Shown: positions 21,401 through 30,838 of the stretch, one piece after another
Position numbering within the stretch: position 1 is the first letter of the stretch
Layout of the letters: every line of letters starts with the position of its first letter
IMG/VR virus record: IMGVR_UViG_3300000101_000005
Length of the DNA: 64,000 bases
Source of the DNA: a virus
Taxonomy: Duplodnaviria > Caudoviricetes
Strand: one strand, 5' to 3'
Notes under the pieces: model-generated
The model's input: the letters and a program-made list of their open reading frames with translations, nothing else
What the model was told of the DNA's origin: nothing
The model's database searches: none
Made by a program: the position numbers and the translations under genes

Positions 21401-23299
21401 TCTCTTGTTACCACCATGACACATGTCATAGACCATAGCGTCTAATACTAGTCCCATATCTCTGTGACAGTCATCATCCGCATAATCAAAGTTTTCCCAA
21501 ATGCTACCACTTGCAGCATTTGCAATTTGATATGTAATCCATTCTGTAACTTCACGTTGAATAAACGCTTTGTTCATTTCAATTAAGTGTCTTGCTTCTG
21601 GATGTCTTGGACCGTTTAATACTGCTTCACAAGCATATCTAACTGATGCAAATGGTTTATCTAATGTTGCACCATGCACTGGATATGGATTATCTTGTCC
21701 ATGTGGAGCAACGTAGTAAACGTAATCGTTTGCACCCATTGAACGCCATTCTGGATAGTTTGCTCCAGCTTGTAAAACTTGTCCTTCTACACCAATTGGA
21801 AGTCTAGCAACACCAGCACCGCCGTAGTAAACCAAATCACCTTTTGTTGTTAGTAGTGAAGTTTCACTACCTGTAATCATTTGGTTCCAGTAAGTACCTG
21901 TTGTGTCTTGGTCTGGACGACTGTTGTCTGCACCACCACCAGCTGCACCAATTGTTGATCCGTCATCGCCTTCTGATCTGTGTTTTAAAATACACACATA
22001 TGCGTTATCACCAAACTTGACACAGTCACCTGCTTCATATTCGTAATCGTCAGCCCATGTGCCTGCCCAGTAAAAACCACTTGATAGTTTGCTCCAGTAA
22101 TTAGGTTCAATTGGATGAGCTGCAACTCTTGCAGTCATTGATCCTGTACCTAGAGTTGGTGTAAATACTGTTCCGCCATGTGCGATTGAAATTGTAAATG
22201 TTGTTGCATCATCAACTGTCTTAATGTAGTATGTTGCACCTTCGTTAACGTTACCATAAACAGCACCGCTAAAGTATACTGACATACCAACAGCCATTCC
22301 TGTTGTGGATGTTGTTGTAAATTTGTTTGTTGAGTTACTTGATGCTGATATCGTAAAGTCGTTACTTAGCGAATCAACTGTAGCAACATATGAGTTACCG
22401 TTAACTGCTACAACTTGTCCAATTTTATAATCTGTTGCGTTGCTCCAGTTATTCTGAAAGTCAAAACCTTTACCAAACAATGCAAAGTTTGTAGTATCAG
22501 TTGAAGGATTAGTTGAAGCTGAATGATATGCTTTTGCTACGTATTGGTTACCACCGTATGATACAACATCACCTGGTTGGTATACTGTTGAATTGCTCCA
22601 AACGTTTTCATACTCAAAGCCTTCAATAAACTGTGTCCAGTTTGATGCGTCGGTTGCAAAGTTTGATGCATTTGAAGTATGCTGTGTAGTACAAATGTAT
22701 GTACCTGCACCTTGCTTAACAATATCATTATATTTGTATCTTGTATTTCCTGTCCAAGCAGCTTTATATTCTAGTCCTTGGTTAAAGATATCCCATTTAG
22801 ATTGATCATTTTCTAAACCACTAGAGGCAGTACTAGCAGAAGTATGACCTGTGTTTGCAACATAAGTTGTTCCACCATATCTAACTAAATCGTTAATTTT
22901 ATATCTTGTAGAAACGGCCCAATCACTCTTCCAGTCAAAGCCTTCAGCGTAAGCAGTCCATTTAGCAATATCAGTTTCAAGACCTAATGAAGCAGTAGCG
23001 GCAGATGTATGCGGAGTAGAACAAATATAAATCTGTCCACCGTACTTAACTAAGTCGTTTGTTTTGTAATAAGTTGATGTAGCCCAATCGCCCTTCCAGT
23101 CCTGACCGTCTGTCATCTGGTTCCATCTTGAAGGACTTACGCTCAAATCTGTATAAAAATCTGCGTCACTTGTATGTCCTGTAGTACAGATAAACGTTTT
23201 ACCGCCATATCTTACTACATCGTCTTTGTAGTAGACTGTAGGAGTGGCCCAATCGCCTTTCCATACAAATCTAATTCTACCTAATTTAAACTCTGCCAT
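15479..23299 (-). CDS. Giant virion structural/receptor-binding protein (2606 aa)
   Basis: N-terminal ~50-aa W-x5-Y-x3-D-x-V-x-YGG-x2-Y-x-C-x3-HTS repeats (CBM5/12-like), central helical CxRD repeats, Asp-box-like S-x-D-G-x-x-W repeats, and a C-terminus paralogous to 23368-28956. Confidence 0.8.
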   Translation of the reverse strand: MAEFKLGRIRFVWKGDWATPTVYYKDDVVRYGGKTFICTTGHTSDADFYTDLSVSPSRWNQMTDGQDWKGDWATSTYYKTNDLVKYGGQIYICSTPHTSAATASLGLETDIAKWTAYAEGFDWKSDWAVSTRYKINDLVRYGGTTYVANTGHTSASTASSGLENDQSKWDIFNQGLEYKAAWTGNTRYKYNDIVKQGAGTYICTTQHTSNASNFATDASNWTQFIEGFEYENVWSNSTVYQPGDVVSYGGNQYVAKAYHSASTNPSTDTTNFALFGKGFDFQNNWSNATDYKIGQVVAVNGNSYVATVDSLSNDFTISASSNSTNKFTTTSTTGMAVGMSVYFSGAVYGNVNEGATYYIKTVDDATTFTISIAHGGTVFTPTLGTGSMTARVAAHPIEPNYWSKLSSGFYWAGTWADDYEYEAGDCVKFGDNAYVCILKHRSEGDDGSTIGAAGGGADNSRPDQDTTGTYWNQMITGSETSLLTTKGDLVYYGGAGVARLPIGVEGQVLQAGANYPEWRSMGANDYVYYVAPHGQDNPYPVHGATLDKPFASVRYACEAVLNGPRHPEARHLIEMNKAFIQREVTEWITYQIANAASGSIWENFDYADDDCHRDMGLVLDAMVYDMCHGGNKRSRGAANAFVGALYEAPYNTGPYSNLTTEAANSAAAYAYMLTLVNNVLAQTDPTTNYQTTNGDNSTAVVSQFKSSTLIAEPTSGTVLAAGLKIITDAIAAGNATNIPARYSPQNTIKIKTGQYREIGPIIVPENTVVLGEEVRSTNVGPAGPITNMTDAKYTIAALGRLEGVVGDIIKGASVTKTSTNAFAQDIAVPFADTVEETHVERLIRTMQKNIDFRVGEFELRNSADPTGYNAAFLNGYGDARARIRENKQFFKEELIAFIAANYPTVKYSKMKCRQDVGYIVDSICYDLTYGGKSQSRIAAMAYWEGTISQIDSTETAATIAAYNKLKAIMQDVATNTTVTALQSVVPQTRGTAGSAAASTFIGTSIDIITAVIADINDQPNITITAASSNTLTSANHGLQAGDAIVMRTTYGTGSGALYKTRRYWIKTAPDANTFTLSATFGGSTQTVTDGSSLTVVANAFNYPELTNSVTSTSALITAVETLDAAQETVVTGVINHLNPTNYHTDFRVQDVPSTTRIETYVGTSVYAHTYVSGGIVTKANGTVLNITAVTYNNSTGVMDITVDAAHGLAIEDTYTLANIVFSCNSPSGADVVYPSATKTDGTTAKVLYNQTKCLRDTRLIMEAVMFDLATNSNEQTMRAALSYLRATAKDVYDLDQKATTRSAFEYVRTQAIANVGGDATAIARINTLMKDLDDVVYSGSNEGSPCVTEVRNAHYAILQIERNRNFIVAESTAWVQDTYKDTCTATAASDDSLTISDTSWLRIGTAIKVSGTILSAPAVAGGNGFEVGTTYYVNKIISGTKFTVAKTRNTSTAMSIDDASGSMTVMLDYNSAKCERDMNRILDALKYDFQYHGNYKSLQAARYYGNAVHGTRDGEDFYYVRNATGVRNQTLANMAGDLLAPNALGTSRVSGGAYVSLDPGYGPDDFSTWIIERSPYVQNVTTLGTGAIGQKIDGALHNGGNDSIVSNDFTQVISDGIGAWVTNNGRAELVSVFSYYSHVGYLSENGGRIRGTNGNNSYGDFGSVAEGFDSTETPNTAIVDNKFQFEATVGSVQTDNAQQVYAFEFTNAGNEYTNATWLISGAGTGATAETDEYRDGGVHEVFLQDNVDDSTNAPEADGNFGGFGYITNSNTCQAGTSTSITLAATDAEISSAYVGMRVNVTGGAGVGQYGIISSYNSGTKIAAVTKESTGASGFDHIVAGTTIVAPDASSTYTVEPRAVFSAPTDSSEGVTLPTSGAWQDVLWGARTGVYLPSSTYNNSGGSGASFQVIKNGGKYITTIVSGGTGYTRYNTFTIAGNNVGGAATTHDITVTVVSVDTNGVILEIETEGSAQEGAWVAVKSSAAAGAYSTDGKTWTANVMPNANWTSIAHGLIDDGSTVALQSRYVAVATGSATAAYSDDGVTWVTSTMPSSGTWTDVTYGEGKFVAVQAGSATVAISLDGVVWDLTGTLNNTGHTRIEYGKGLFVAIKPSSTVVEYSTDAITWTAAALPASRAWTDVAWGNGHFVAVASDNNTGAMSLDGATWVAMPMGAPDSTAVSGLQKVEYGQGQFVATAYLDGLDGFNDVATSQDGFNWTWKSLEGVTGDQVGEGYMACGHGVSGKKGYWVTIPVVSGAIASRSRLGVTAKARTFVAQNKIFSIRIIEPGAGYDSVPTLTITDPSEIYAVPFLVRIGNGVLANPTFLSRGTGYVSASADLTGGDGHADFFQSGSFIAVRQLTNIPVTGSNVVFGHLPNDTFKLVNIITQLGTNPGAYTCFLQVSPNMKIINVPAHGTSVTTRIKYSQVRLTGHDFLDIGTGNFTETNYPGLPTQDPIQAQETRERNGGRVFYTATDQDGNFRVGGLFSVEQSTGVATLNADAFNIAGLQELSLGEVTLGGGSASIEEFSTDPFFTADSDSVVPTQRAIKAYISSQIGGGGASLNVNSVTAGAIYIAGTQITTTTQAAIKVNANLNFKGGVRGLPIAWQYFLN

Positions 23300-23367
23300 G
23301 TTTATCTACTCCATAGTGTTCCATTGTATTTACCATTAATTTGTTATCTTCTAATATAAGTATCATG

Positions 23368-26300
23368 TTAATCAGTCCTAATACCCTTATGCTCAAAGCT
23401 TCGATAAAATAATGCCTGAGCTAGATAACTTCCCCCAATGCCCGCTTTCGGACCTTGTAAATCAAACATCACTGGGATGTTAACTGCTTGTCCTGCTGTA
23501 TTACCAATCTCATCAGGACCTACCTTAACTGTACCTGCGATAAAGCTCGCTGTTAACAAGTCTGCTCCACCAACGTTAAGTCTATTTGTTAAGTACGCTT
23601 TAATTGCTCTCTGTGTAGGAATAATGTTGTTTGAATCTGCAATAAACAACGGATCTGTTGAGAACTCTCTAATAACTGTACCAGTACCACCAACTCTAAT
23701 TCCACCTAGTGCAAGTTCTGTAAGACCTGCTAAGTCAAAGAAGTCAGCACTAATAGTAACAATACCTGTAGACTGTTCAACAGCAAACAATTCACCAACC
23801 CTAAAGTTACCTGATTGGTCTGTACTTGAGTAGAATACTCTACCACCATTTATTTCTTGTACCTCATTTTCTGGATAAGAAATATAATTTTGTGTATACA
23901 ATCCTGGATAGTTAGTCTGTGTAAAGTTACCTGTACCAATATCTAGGAAGTCGTGGTTTGAAATTCTACATTGTGAATATCTAGTGTTAATTGTTACGCT
24001 ATTACCATGATTTGTTGTTGGATCGTCCTCAATTTTAAGTTCAGGACTTACTCTAAATCTTAGAGTAAAGGTTCCACCAGTATCAACACTTTCTTGCTCA
24101 ATAACAACAACAGTGTAAAGTTCTGGGTTACCAGTAAGTCTTAACTGCGCACCTGGGCCAATAACAACTGGCATTCCAGAAACTGTAATAAACTTACCTA
24201 CAGGAGTAATATCTGCAAAACCATCACCTGTTACAGTAACAGTAGTTGTACTTGTTTTATATGCAGTACCTCTGTTAGTCCAACTTGGTTGTGCTAATAC
24301 ACCGTCTGCAAATCTTGTCATATCAAGTTCAAGTTCACCTGTGTTGTTAGGATCAATAACTGTGTACCCAACTGGAGTATTAACAATATCATAACCTGAA
24401 CCTGGATCCCAAAGTTTTACAACTCCGATCGATCCAGCAGTTACATCTGCTCTACCTTTAATTGTAGCACCTGTGTAAACAACTTTGTGAGTAAATTTAA
24501 CATCACGGTCTAATACTACCCATCTACCTTTTCTATTATCTAAACCATCTGTAGCATCTGCATCTGGATTACCAAATACACATCTGTTCCAGTTTCCAAT
24601 TTGTCCAATGTCTCTCTCGGTCCAATGTATTCCGTCTGGTGATGTGTAAATGTATTGTACCGGTCCTGTTGTTGCATCTCCTGAAATAGTTCTACCTGCT
24701 GTATCGTAAAGTGCCATAAACACACCTTGACCATATTTTAGATCGTTCCATTGTAATATTGTTGAACCATCTATTAATGGCATAGTTGCCGGATACCAAG
24801 TTTCTCCATCGAATGAATAACCAATATCGCCAGTGTCTGACATAGCAACAAATCTATTATTACCAAATGCAACACGGTTCCAATCTTTTTGCGTACTGTC
24901 TGCAACAACGTCCATGATATAAGTTGCCCAAGTAATAGTTGTACCGTTCCATGTTCCTATTGCTGCTAAGTTATTACTATTTGCAATTGCAACAAATTTT
25001 CCTGCACCATAAGTTACACTCACCCATTCGTTAATAGTTGAGTCGCCTGCTGCTGGAAAGTTAGCTGCTGACCAAGTTGCGCCGCCGTTGGTTGATATCG
25101 CTGCATTGTTTCCTGCACTTGAAACTGCAACAAATACGTTTGCTTCTACTTCATCATATATTGGATTACCGTATGCAACATCTGTCCAATTAGTATTTGC
25201 TGGTAAACTAAATGCAGTCCATACGCTACCATTTGAACTATATGCACCTACTGCTGCAGAATCTTTAATTGCAACAAACTTTCCGTTACCTGCTGCAACT
25301 GATTTCCATACACCTGCGGATGGTAAGTTTGCCGTTGCCCATGTTGTTCCGTTAAGAGAGTAGTTAACAGTTGTACCTGTGTTTGCAACTGCTACAAATC
25401 TACCACTTTCTGCAAATCCTGTATATTCAAATGTAACAATGCTGTTTGTACTATCGTCAGTTACACTATGTACTGAGATTGTAATATTGTTATCACTGCC
25501 TGCACCTAAGCTACTACCTAAAATTACAAGACTGTCGCCTATTGCGTATCCAGCACCACCTTGTCTTAATGTAACTGTGTAGTCTTTGCCAAGTTTTACA
25601 ATATCAAATGTTGGGTTAGAAGCCGGTACTCCGATTGTTGATCCTGTTCCTGTACCTGTTGCACTAACAGATGTATATACAGCTGATGTTTCACCGTAAG
25701 CTACATCACCCCATGTTGTACCAGAATCAAGTGTTGATACTGCATGTGAAAAAGGAGGTGCATCAAACACAACTCTTGGTTCGAACCTATAAGATGTACC
25801 TGTTAATAATTGTTCTAAAATTGGTTTACCTGGAACTACATGATCCCAACCTGGTGTAGCAGTAGACTCCTTGTAAACTGTTACAACTTTTGAAGTACTG
25901 TTATAAGCATGTACATAACCATACTGTCCTGTACCAGGTCCTGATGTTAAAATAATTCTTAAACCTAACAAGTTTGCTTCTTCATTTTCATCGTTAGTAG
26001 CAATAGTAATAGTAGTTGTATCACCAGTTTGAGCGTTGTTACCAATAAGTGTAAATCCGCCTCCACCTGCTGCTGCTGACGCTTGACCTGTAACAATCCT
26101 TGCTTCAAACATAGCATCATCTCTAGTTTCTTCTTGAAGTACTGCTGCGTTTGCACCTGAACCAACAAATGTATAATCTGCTGATGTATAATTTTGTCCA
26201 CAGTTTTTAAATTCTAATGCAAGAATCTCATCATTTACTTCTCCAGCAAATGCTGACACAACCTGTGCTTCTTCTTGTCTGTTATTAATTGTAGCAGTAA

Positions 26301-28956
26301 TTGGTGTTTCAGTTGGGTCTGTACCGTCTGCTAACGCACCAATGTAACCATATGAACAGTTACCATTAGTAGCACGTATAATACCACCATTTTCTGCTAG
26401 GTATCCTACCTGTGCATAATATGTAAACACTGATACAAGTTCTGCTCTACCATTGTTAAGAACGTGAGCACCAATACCATCACTAATTACCTGTGTAAAA
26501 TCGTTGGACACGATTGATTTGTTACCGCCTGCGTGTAATGATCCATCAATTTTTTGTCCTGTACAATTGCTACCAAATGTAGATACACCTTGTATATATG
26601 GAGAACGTGTTGTAATCCAAACTTTAGTATCTGCTGTACCCCAACCTGGATCAAGCGAAACATAATTAGGACCAGTTGGTCTTTGATATTGTTCAAAAAC
26701 GTTTGGTGGATTAAGTGTACCTGTTAAACCGTCAAGTGTACATTGTCTAACTCCACAGGCATCTCTAACATAAAACATATCTGTTGACGAACTTCCAACT
26801 ACCATGCTGTTGTAGAACTTACCTTCTTTTAAAATTCTATAGTTTCCTTCATACTGTAAATCGTATGCAAGTGCATTACAAATTCTATGCATATCGTCAT
26901 TATAAATTGCACTATCGTATGCATAATCACTAAATGTATTATCAAGATATGATGTTGCTTCTTTCATTAAGAAGTCTTTATTTGCAATAATCATTCTTGC
27001 TGCATTTAATCTATTTGTTTGAGTTGTAATTGCATTTGTACCAGTAACAACAGGATCAGTTCCTGTACTTTGTACATGGAAATTAATATACTGATTATAA
27101 TCTGCTAGTCCGTTGTCAACTAAGTTTGCTGCAACTGAATCTGAAGTAACTTGCACGTAGTTAATAATTTCTAGTCCATCGCCTGTTGGAGGTCCTGGAT
27201 TAAATGTTCCTGTCTTAATAGCATCTGTAATTACTGTAACATCAGCAGTATTTCCTGATTGTTTTGTAAACGATGTTCCTTCTAAAATGTGTCTAATAAC
27301 ACCTTGTAAGTGTGTTGATACAGCAATTCTGTATACAGCATCACTTGCCATAGAAGCAATTGCACCTCTTGGTTTAATTTTAGATGATCTAATTTCATCA
27401 CCAAGCACAACTGTTTTAGCAGGCAAACTGATTGGAAGTATTTCTTCGTACAAGCCTGTTGTTAATTGTATTGTGTTATGTGCGTCTACACCGTCGTCAG
27501 CTATTTCTGCTGCGTATCTAACTGTCTTAACTGGTTTGAAAGGATCAATACCTGCGTTGGCGTTTGCTCTATCATCTACACCAATAATTGGATCAACGTA
27601 AATGTACCTTGCACTTTTACCCCAGTTATCATATTCTAAAGTATCAGTTGGACCAACTTGTAAAAGTTTCTCAGCAGTTCCTAGTGGAACGTTAGTAGCA
27701 CCTAATGTAGATCCGTCACCAGCAATAGTTCTGCTTAATCCAAATGTTAATAAATCACCCGGGTTAACAAGTCCAACATTATCTGCACCTTGAAGTAAAA
27801 GATCCCAATAATTAAATCCACTACCGTTATCTCCTGGGAAGTTTTCATCACTTGCTGTATGTTCTATGTTTGCTTTATATGCACTACCTCTGTAAGTAAT
27901 TACATCGCCTACTGCGTATACTGTTGCAGTAGTCCAAGAATTTTTCCACGCTTGTCCGTTAACAATAAGTTCCCAGTTACCTGCATCAAGATAGTCTAAT
28001 GAACTTCCGTCATCAGCACTGTTTAATGTTGCAACATAAATTGATCCGCCTCTTTCAACAACATCACCTGTTTTATATTGTGTTGCCTTTGCCCATGTAC
28101 CTGCAAGATTAATACCTTTTGAAATAACTGCCCAATCAACCTCACCCGGTTGGTAAATTGAATCACCTGGGTTACGTGCATAATTGTTTGTTTGTGACTG
28201 GTAAACATATCCGCCGTGTTGTACAACATCGCCAATTGCATAGTATGTTGAGCCTGACCACTGACCTTGAATTTTACGTCCTGGTACTTCTAAAACAAAG
28301 TTTGAAGAAGTAATATTAGTTGTTGATGTATGTCCTGTTAAAACTCTTAAAAGCGATCCACCATACTTAACAAGGTCCTGCGCTCTGTATCTAGTAGCGT
28401 CAGTATATGAACCTTTAAACGTTTTACCGTAGTAATAAGTTGTCCATTTAAATTGATCGTCTTCTAAACCTAATGCTGTAGTTGCTGCTGAAGTATGTGC
28501 AGTAGAACATTTGTAAACAATACCACCGTAGTTAACAACATCGCCTACACCGTATGTCGTTGCAACTGCCCAATCGCTACCCCAGTCTGCTCCTGGAACA
28601 TAAACTGCCCAATTAGCAATGTCTGTATTAAAATCTGCTGATGATGTGTGTCCTGTTGCAACAAGCCAAAGAGTACCACCGTCATCTACAATGTCTCCGT
28701 TATAGTAAGTCGTTGCGGCTGCCCAAGCACCTCTAAATGCTCTACCATCGGACATCTTCTTCCATGCCGGTTGTGCAATAGTGTCGCCAACTGGTATGTA
28801 ATCCACATCTGCTTTAAAGTTTGCTGATGTGTGTCCTCTAAGCGCAATATATACACTGCCTCCGTACTGTACAACATCATCAATGATGTATGCAGTTGCA
28901 GTTGTCCATGGACCTTTCCATGTATATCTAATTCGACTTATCTTAAACTCTGCCAT
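23368..28956 (-). CDS. Giant virion structural/receptor-binding protein (1862 aa), paralogue of 15479-23299
   Basis: MAEFK.RIR..WKG.W start, the same CBM5/12-like repeats, GGNKSIVSNDFTQVISDG, Asp-box repeats and HDFLDIGTGNF...PTQRAIKAY. Confidence 0.8.
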   Translation of the reverse strand: MAEFKISRIRYTWKGPWTTATAYIIDDVVQYGGSVYIALRGHTSANFKADVDYIPVGDTIAQPAWKKMSDGRAFRGAWAAATTYYNGDIVDDGGTLWLVATGHTSSADFNTDIANWAVYVPGADWGSDWAVATTYGVGDVVNYGGIVYKCSTAHTSAATTALGLEDDQFKWTTYYYGKTFKGSYTDATRYRAQDLVKYGGSLLRVLTGHTSTTNITSSNFVLEVPGRKIQGQWSGSTYYAIGDVVQHGGYVYQSQTNNYARNPGDSIYQPGEVDWAVISKGINLAGTWAKATQYKTGDVVERGGSIYVATLNSADDGSSLDYLDAGNWELIVNGQAWKNSWTTATVYAVGDVITYRGSAYKANIEHTASDENFPGDNGSGFNYWDLLLQGADNVGLVNPGDLLTFGLSRTIAGDGSTLGATNVPLGTAEKLLQVGPTDTLEYDNWGKSARYIYVDPIIGVDDRANANAGIDPFKPVKTVRYAAEIADDGVDAHNTIQLTTGLYEEILPISLPAKTVVLGDEIRSSKIKPRGAIASMASDAVYRIAVSTHLQGVIRHILEGTSFTKQSGNTADVTVITDAIKTGTFNPGPPTGDGLEIINYVQVTSDSVAANLVDNGLADYNQYINFHVQSTGTDPVVTGTNAITTQTNRLNAARMIIANKDFLMKEATSYLDNTFSDYAYDSAIYNDDMHRICNALAYDLQYEGNYRILKEGKFYNSMVVGSSSTDMFYVRDACGVRQCTLDGLTGTLNPPNVFEQYQRPTGPNYVSLDPGWGTADTKVWITTRSPYIQGVSTFGSNCTGQKIDGSLHAGGNKSIVSNDFTQVISDGIGAHVLNNGRAELVSVFTYYAQVGYLAENGGIIRATNGNCSYGYIGALADGTDPTETPITATINNRQEEAQVVSAFAGEVNDEILALEFKNCGQNYTSADYTFVGSGANAAVLQEETRDDAMFEARIVTGQASAAAGGGGFTLIGNNAQTGDTTTITIATNDENEEANLLGLRIILTSGPGTGQYGYVHAYNSTSKVVTVYKESTATPGWDHVVPGKPILEQLLTGTSYRFEPRVVFDAPPFSHAVSTLDSGTTWGDVAYGETSAVYTSVSATGTGTGSTIGVPASNPTFDIVKLGKDYTVTLRQGGAGYAIGDSLVILGSSLGAGSDNNITISVHSVTDDSTNSIVTFEYTGFAESGRFVAVANTGTTVNYSLNGTTWATANLPSAGVWKSVAAGNGKFVAIKDSAAVGAYSSNGSVWTAFSLPANTNWTDVAYGNPIYDEVEANVFVAVSSAGNNAAISTNGGATWSAANFPAAGDSTINEWVSVTYGAGKFVAIANSNNLAAIGTWNGTTITWATYIMDVVADSTQKDWNRVAFGNNRFVAMSDTGDIGYSFDGETWYPATMPLIDGSTILQWNDLKYGQGVFMALYDTAGRTISGDATTGPVQYIYTSPDGIHWTERDIGQIGNWNRCVFGNPDADATDGLDNRKGRWVVLDRDVKFTHKVVYTGATIKGRADVTAGSIGVVKLWDPGSGYDIVNTPVGYTVIDPNNTGELELDMTRFADGVLAQPSWTNRGTAYKTSTTTVTVTGDGFADITPVGKFITVSGMPVVIGPGAQLRLTGNPELYTVVVIEQESVDTGGTFTLRFRVSPELKIEDDPTTNHGNSVTINTRYSQCRISNHDFLDIGTGNFTQTNYPGLYTQNYISYPENEVQEINGGRVFYSSTDQSGNFRVGELFAVEQSTGIVTISADFFDLAGLTELALGGIRVGGTGTVIREFSTDPLFIADSNNIIPTQRAIKAYLTNRLNVGGADLLTASFIAGTVKVGPDEIGNTAGQAVNIPVMFDLQGPKAGIGGSYLAQALFYRSFEHKGIRTD

Positions 28957-28966
28957 TTAGTTACTC

Positions 28967-29332
28967 CTAACTTGATGTTCCGTTTGGATAAGCATAGTTC
29001 TGATTAATTCGTTGAACTAACATACCTTCTCCGTCTACATAATACAATATGCTTCTTTGGTCCCACTTATATTGAGTCCAATACATATTCTCTTTATCTT
29101 TAACATGGTTAACATTAATACCATCAAAGAAGTCAACACCTGGTTCTAAGTCCTCAAAAGTTTCTTCTGGCGGACCTGGCAAGTTAATATCAATTGAGTC
29201 TTTGTCTTTCAACTGATCACTTCTTAGAAGATATAATTCACCATCTTCGTTTCTTCTAAGTGCATAAAAATATCTAGGGCTATCACCTAGTGATTCATCT
29301 GGGCTTTGTCCGAAATAATATGGATTTGCCAT
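28967..29332 (-). CDS. Hypothetical virion-module protein
   Basis: 121-aa ORF with SD GGAGG, tightly packed within the operon. Confidence 0.6.
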   Translation of the reverse strand: MANPYYFGQSPDESLGDSPRYFYALRRNEDGELYLLRSDQLKDKDSIDINLPGPPEETFEDLEPGVDFFDGINVNHVKDKENMYWTQYKWDQRSILYYVDGEGMLVQRINQNYAYPNGTSS

Positions 29333-29345
29333 GTTCTATACCTCC

Positions 29346-29678
29346 CTATGATATCTCTACGAAACTAACTGTTGCATCAACACTTGATTCCGTATCACTT
29401 GTTATTCTTAAACCAGCCGTTGCTGGCAATATTAATCTTTCACCTTGCGTGATTACTTTAGCACTCGAACCCGGTGGTATCGGTACTGATCTGGCATAGT
29501 TACCAACTGTTGAGTTTTCATCAACAACTTGTACATCAACTACAACTGTATCGTAATCTGAATTGTTTGCAAGGTTACAACCTACTACGGTTGCTTTAAC
29601 ACCTTCTTGAATTTGTAATACATCAGTAGGTGTTGTTCCAATATCTGTTACTACGCTCTGTTTAAATACTGTTGGCAT
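29346..29678 (-). CDS. Small beta-rich virion protein
   Basis: ATVVGCNLAN..VDVQVV..VPIPPGSS..LIL pattern; belongs with 15130-15450 and 32785-33162. Confidence 0.55.
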   Translation of the reverse strand: MPTVFKQSVVTDIGTTPTDVLQIQEGVKATVVGCNLANNSDYDTVVVDVQVVDENSTVGNYARSVPIPPGSSAKVITQGERLILPATAGLRITSDTESSVDATVSFVEIS

Positions 29679-29688
29679 ACTATTTCCT

Positions 29689-30741
29689 CTATCCTAACAT
29701 TAATGCATACGATGATGCAATTGTGTTTGCTTGAATTTCTGATACCGCTCCTGATGCACCTGCTGGACTCGCCCATGCAGTACCTGTCCATATTTCAATT
29801 GCTTTTGCATCTGTATTGTATCTTGTCATACCTGCAACTGCATATGAAGTTGGACGTTGTGCGTCATTACCTCTTGGTGGAACAAAACCGTTGTTGGTAT
29901 CAATTTTAAAATAACCTGTTCCGCTTTGTACAATCTGTGTAATACCACCTGGTTGTACGTTAGTAATTGTGTTTCCTGAAAATCTAAAGTTACCTAATCT
30001 AGCACCACCAGTTCCATTACCTTCAATAGTAAAGTCAGTACCAGTTGCTGATGTAATTGTGCTATCTCTAAATGTTAAGTCACCAATGTCAAGTGTTGGA
30101 AGATTTAATGTTGTTGTATATAAATCATTAACATGAATCTCTTTCCATCTTGTTGTTGTGTTACCTAACTTATATGTGTTATCAGTTTCTGGAATAAGAT
30201 CACTTGCAATCGCAGCATTAAACTCAATAGTGTCTGTAGGTGCATCACCAATAGTAATGTTACCACCAATAGTAATATCACCACCTGTGTTAATGTTACC
30301 AGTAACATACAAGTCACCAGTAATATTTGTGTTACCTACAACTTCTAATGTGCCTGCGCCATTAGGACGAAGCTCTAAATTAGTGTTAGAAACTGTTGTT
30401 GAAATTGTGTTACCTGTAAGTTGCAGATCATCTACTTGTAATTTAGAATTATAAATTACTGGATCTGAACCTGAAGGTGCAAATGAAATAGTATCGAGTG
30501 TACTAGAAATAGTGTTACCGGTAATACTTAAATTACCTACATCTAATTGATTGTCTACTGTGAGTGTTGTTGATCTTGTTGTACCTACAACATCGATATC
30601 CGTGGTGGGAGAAGAGTTGTTTACTCCTAAACGAGCATTGTTTACGTCTATGTAAAGTAAGTCGTTCTCAAAAGCTAAATCAACCCCGTTTCTAACGAGA
30701 TTTGCCTTTAAGAGCGGACCCGAAATACGACCAATTGCCAT
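29689..30741 (-). CDS. Virion structural (fibre/collar-like) protein
   Basis: GRISGPLLKANL.R.GVDLAF N-terminus, beta-spiral-like G/T/I repeats, and a C-terminal AQRP..RYNTD module. Confidence 0.65.
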   Translation of the reverse strand: MAIGRISGPLLKANLVRNGVDLAFENDLLYIDVNNARLGVNNSSPTTDIDVVGTTRSTTLTVDNQLDVGNLSITGNTISSTLDTISFAPSGSDPVIYNSKLQVDDLQLTGNTISTTVSNTNLELRPNGAGTLEVVGNTNITGDLYVTGNINTGGDITIGGNITIGDAPTDTIEFNAAIASDLIPETDNTYKLGNTTTRWKEIHVNDLYTTTLNLPTLDIGDLTFRDSTITSATGTDFTIEGNGTGGARLGNFRFSGNTITNVQPGGITQIVQSGTGYFKIDTNNGFVPPRGNDAQRPTSYAVAGMTRYNTDAKAIEIWTGTAWASPAGASGAVSEIQANTIASSYALMLG

Positions 30742-30838
30742 TACGCTCTCCTTTTCACGGGGATCCTGTCCCTCTAGCCACCTTACATTGCGGGCTAACC
30801 ACAGTAAAAGATCAATGCTTGGTCGGCATCAACAGTAG
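30742..30838 (-). promoter_or_regulatory. Structured 5' leader, candidate translational switch
   Basis: About 95 nt between TAAATA (30839-30844) and the ATG, containing stems TAGCC/GGCTA, CTGT/ACAG and either GATC/GATC or CTTTTAC/GTGAAAAG (the latter overlaps the SD). Confidence 0.5.
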
